A stretch of 64,000 nt of DNA from Corallochytrium limacisporum Hawaii (Eukaryota > Protista > Pluriformea): contig PDIP01000031.1 of assembly GCA_002811645.1 (NCBI GenBank), positions 62,001 to 126,000 on the forward strand, read 5' to 3'. Of the stretch, positions 62,401 through 64,000 are shown in pieces. The translations under genes and the position numbers were made by a program. The notes under the pieces were generated by a model that was not told the DNA's origin, did no database searches, and saw only the letters and a program-made list of their open reading frames with translations. Within the stretch, counting starts at the first letter, position 1; every line of letters begins with the position of its first letter.

Positions 62401-64000
62401 CTAGACAAGCCCGTGCCTAGTGATGACACACACATTGGGGCCTACCAGGTGGACTCGCTTAATCAGAATGTCTGCCAACTGCGGCTAAGCAACCAGTCCA
62501 TGTTGAATCATCTCAAGGACCTGCGGAGACGCAGCCACAAGTTGCCTTTAGAGCAGCGTCGTATGATCATGTATATTTCTATCCACCTGAGCAATTCCGG
62601 CGTCATCAACTTGACGCCAGAAGAAGAAGCTGCCAACATGGGCCAGCAAGAGGATGAAAAGGCCCGCCGCAAGCGAGAAGCTCAGGCCCGGCGAGAGCGT
62701 ATTCTAGCCAATTTCAAGCTCCGTCAGCAGCAATTTATTGATAACCATTTGCAATTGGCTGCTGAGGCGCAAGAAACAAACGGTGGCAGCGATCGAAGGG
62801 GCAAGTCTCCCGTGACATTGGGTGTTCCGTCCGGCGCCGACGATCCCATGGATGTCAGCGGTGGGGACGTCTGCGGTACTCGGATGTCGATTCTAAGCAG
62901 CCTTGGCGACTACGCCGGAGAGTATGACAATGACACGGCGTTTGCGACTACGGATCACGACCTGACTTGCATCCTCTGCCAAGAGCAAGGAACAACCACT
63001 ACTCTAGCCTATGTCTCTGCCATGTCCAAGTCGACCGTGTTAGCAAACATGGGGCGAGATACCAAGTCACTTGACTTCTTAGGAACCGATGAGACTGATC
63101 CTACAAGCTCTGGCGCCTCTGCGGCTTTTGGGCACATGCATATCAGTGGGTCAATCTCTTCATCGATAGCCAGCACTAGCAATAGGCGTCCCTCCCAGAG
63201 GGGCACACCGTCAACCACCACACGTGCCAGTTCGACCACGAATCGTGGCACCCCGGGCACCAATTCGGCTCCAAGTCAGCGAGAAACGCCTGTCGGCAAC
63301 GGAAACGGTAACGGAGTCAGCGACAACGAAATAGTCACCCGTTTGACCCCACGCACATTCGACTCCTTTGTCAATTCAGTTCGCCGTCCGGGAGACAGCG
63401 AAGCGGCCGGAGTGAACGGGCCGCGGTCCTTTTTGGACTGGGAGGAGATGGAGGATGCTTACAATTTTAATCCGGACCTGTACTGTGCGTCGTGCGGCCA
63501 TGTAGTACACTTTAAGTGTTGGGATCGGTATGTCTCGAGCATCCGCGAGCAGCGTGGAAGGGACCTGCGGCTGGAGATGGGTCGTCTGTCCTCCGTGGAG
63601 CTAAACTGTCCCCTGTGCAAAAGCGTTTGCAACATTCTCATTCCAATCTGCAACCGCAAGATCAGTCGCATTGTCAAACATGAGATTATGGATGGTGTGG
63701 ATGCCGTCGAATTCCAGCGGTGGACCACGGAACGGTTGCCGTACCTGCTCATCAACCCTGATCGTACCCCTCCCTTTGGTGCAGGGAAGGAGGCGTTACG
63801 TCCCGACGCGCTCGCTCGCCTGGAGGCCTTTGCGCATAATTCCATAGAATTCCTCAGTAAGGCCTCAAGTAATGCGGCAATGAACATTGCGGATCCGCTA
63901 ACTGCAATGTCAAGCAGTGAATCGGTCTCTGGTGAACCCATTCCGTCCGGTACTGGTGGAGCGGGAGGCTCAGGTAACGGTGCCGTTGACAACGGCGCGC
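59446..64000 (+). CDS. UBR1: N-recognin E3 ubiquitin ligase UBR1/UBR2, 3'-truncated by window edge
   Basis: Absent from the ORF track; motif segments translated by hand in the frame of ATG 59446. UBR box CGHVFKNGEPGYMCKTC...CCDCGDPEAW, ClpS-like INDEAHTFDDVI, MWVRNG, RING TCILCQE...SCGHVVHFKCW...CPLCKSVCN. Confidence 0.95.
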   Translation, partial: MDHYSIVHRLPDPEEGEVAIQKAQALLEEILPDVSVVPEDVELLQACTWVMYGGDPDHVLAKIATAGNSSDSGVCGHVFKNGEPGYMCKTCGYDDTCIVCVRCFRKSNHEGHNTFMVQTVGGGCCDCGDPEAWAEEGCCSDHLGPHQKLKDKEARVSESIEIQSGSSFLGSGAPTNADLDALKAKKSILQQAKEAGISENLYNYMTSTLSRLMHYVTTVLCNCEQLIPKNQEQEWGVVMINDEAHTFDDVITALTSLLEVSADKAGQLAQEIDSVGKTMVFSSTNRADCVEVRQRLYTFRSQSDGDIMEDKPLTLLIQCGATLVHEKRALLILEFLNTIGQESQIMRRMICEQFCAPVDPDDETKYFEYRPETMKRVMGTGNVLLRIDRLLLRDGKLWKEARKVLRKNYIQILIVDPIYKRILGLRYAYHYKTLMDLFLESRANLDDTVLALSVQIFSSPSLALELIESLNFTDQAFDVVFGVLAPTLHTNASGIAGGIDLEHTIIEKNRYPPVFHNLRYILSHKNVQQRISTQSLEKAQVLPMRTLQLLEVFQGMDQNERATTVHVMYESELWISAFAITLELKSLMPFIVDSILGGSPEFSQVSLKMTKERILSWLAKDNIAITEITNDYGTFQVVHGTGPEHKVSVHIPLHRFMCELLVNDRYQGDLASVFEQEKNVKDLGPVNMVQLMEHPIRIMALLAQVRSNMWVRNGFSIKNQVYNYSGSYFRESMYDLDIAYLQTMLATMNGNEFLVSALHTYELHEYFGLSSHDVRSLLPFGPDFGHKLLMCEDFMHLLIVLLTERAHVGNMTTEDIIRREIVQRLFLGPLSYSELTKSIASNLTELEEFDTQLRGLAKLTMPEDTMDHGVYELKEKHHKSFNMYFYHYSRADHEKAMQKVTAIHAEPTGQNLQENPPIPELHDLKPIFKPLLNLLNSRVLHEMIYSILQFCCVHAGDHPDATDSTIDNVLSEALYLLVVAIDQGILDKPVPSDDTHIGAYQVDSLNQNVCQLRLSNQSMLNHLKDLRRRSHKLPLEQRRMIMYISIHLSNSGVINLTPEEEAANMGQQEDEKARRKREAQARRERILANFKLRQQQFIDNHLQLAAEAQETNGGSDRRGKSPVTLGVPSGADDPMDVSGGDVCGTRMSILSSLGDYAGEYDNDTAFATTDHDLTCILCQEQGTTTTLAYVSAMSKSTVLANMGRDTKSLDFLGTDETDPTSSGASAAFGHMHISGSISSSIASTSNRRPSQRGTPSTTTRASSTTNRGTPGTNSAPSQRETPVGNGNGNGVSDNEIVTRLTPRTFDSFVNSVRRPGDSEAAGVNGPRSFLDWEEMEDAYNFNPDLYCASCGHVVHFKCWDRYVSSIREQRGRDLRLEMGRLSSVELNCPLCKSVCNILIPICNRKISRIVKHEIMDGVDAVEFQRWTTERLPYLLINPDRTPPFGAGKEALRPDALARLEAFAHNSIEFLSKASSNAAMNIADPLTAMSSSESVSGEPIPSGTGGAGGSGNGAVDNGA

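Noticed and set aside
59353-63992. Short ORFs listed across the last 4.6 kb
   Set aside because: Shadow or alternate frames of the UBR1 CDS, which the track missed because it has no stop within the window.
3199-64000. Apparent ubiquitin-proteasome cluster (two F-box genes, two UBR boxes, RPT4)
   Set aside because: The genes are dispersed among unrelated housekeeping genes and these families are common; no evidence of a functional cluster.

Overview
A compact, gene-dense eukaryotic nuclear window with 20 protein-coding genes. Every one reads as an uninterrupted ORF, including a 9.7 kb ORF, beta-COP and UBR1. Two genes missing from the ORF track run off the window edges: gephyrin (minus strand, <1-1368) and UBR1/2 (plus strand, 59446->64000). 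Recognisable conserved genes are NIP7, NVL/Rix7, gamma-glutamyltransferase, COPB1, a stand-alone gamma-glutamyl phosphate reductase, a BAR-RhoGAP, an OPA1-type dynamin, a cyclophilin and RPT4/PSMC6. Animal-type OPA1 and a RICH/Nadrin-type RhoGAP, together with a fungal-style PRO2 and no visible introns, suggest an intron-poor unicellular holozoan such as Corallochytrium (inference). The most unusual gene is a three-domain fusion of an RRM, a flavocytochrome-c/fumarate-reductase domain lacking the canonical catalytic residues, and an intact-looking NADH:cytochrome-b5-reductase module. It lies tail-to-tail with a METTL21-family methyltransferase carrying a UBR-type zinc finger inserted inside its Rossmann fold. 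Long poly(G)/poly(C) tracts occur only in upstream spacers, and they flank both assembly gaps. I could not support any tRNA, rRNA, CRISPR array or transposon.
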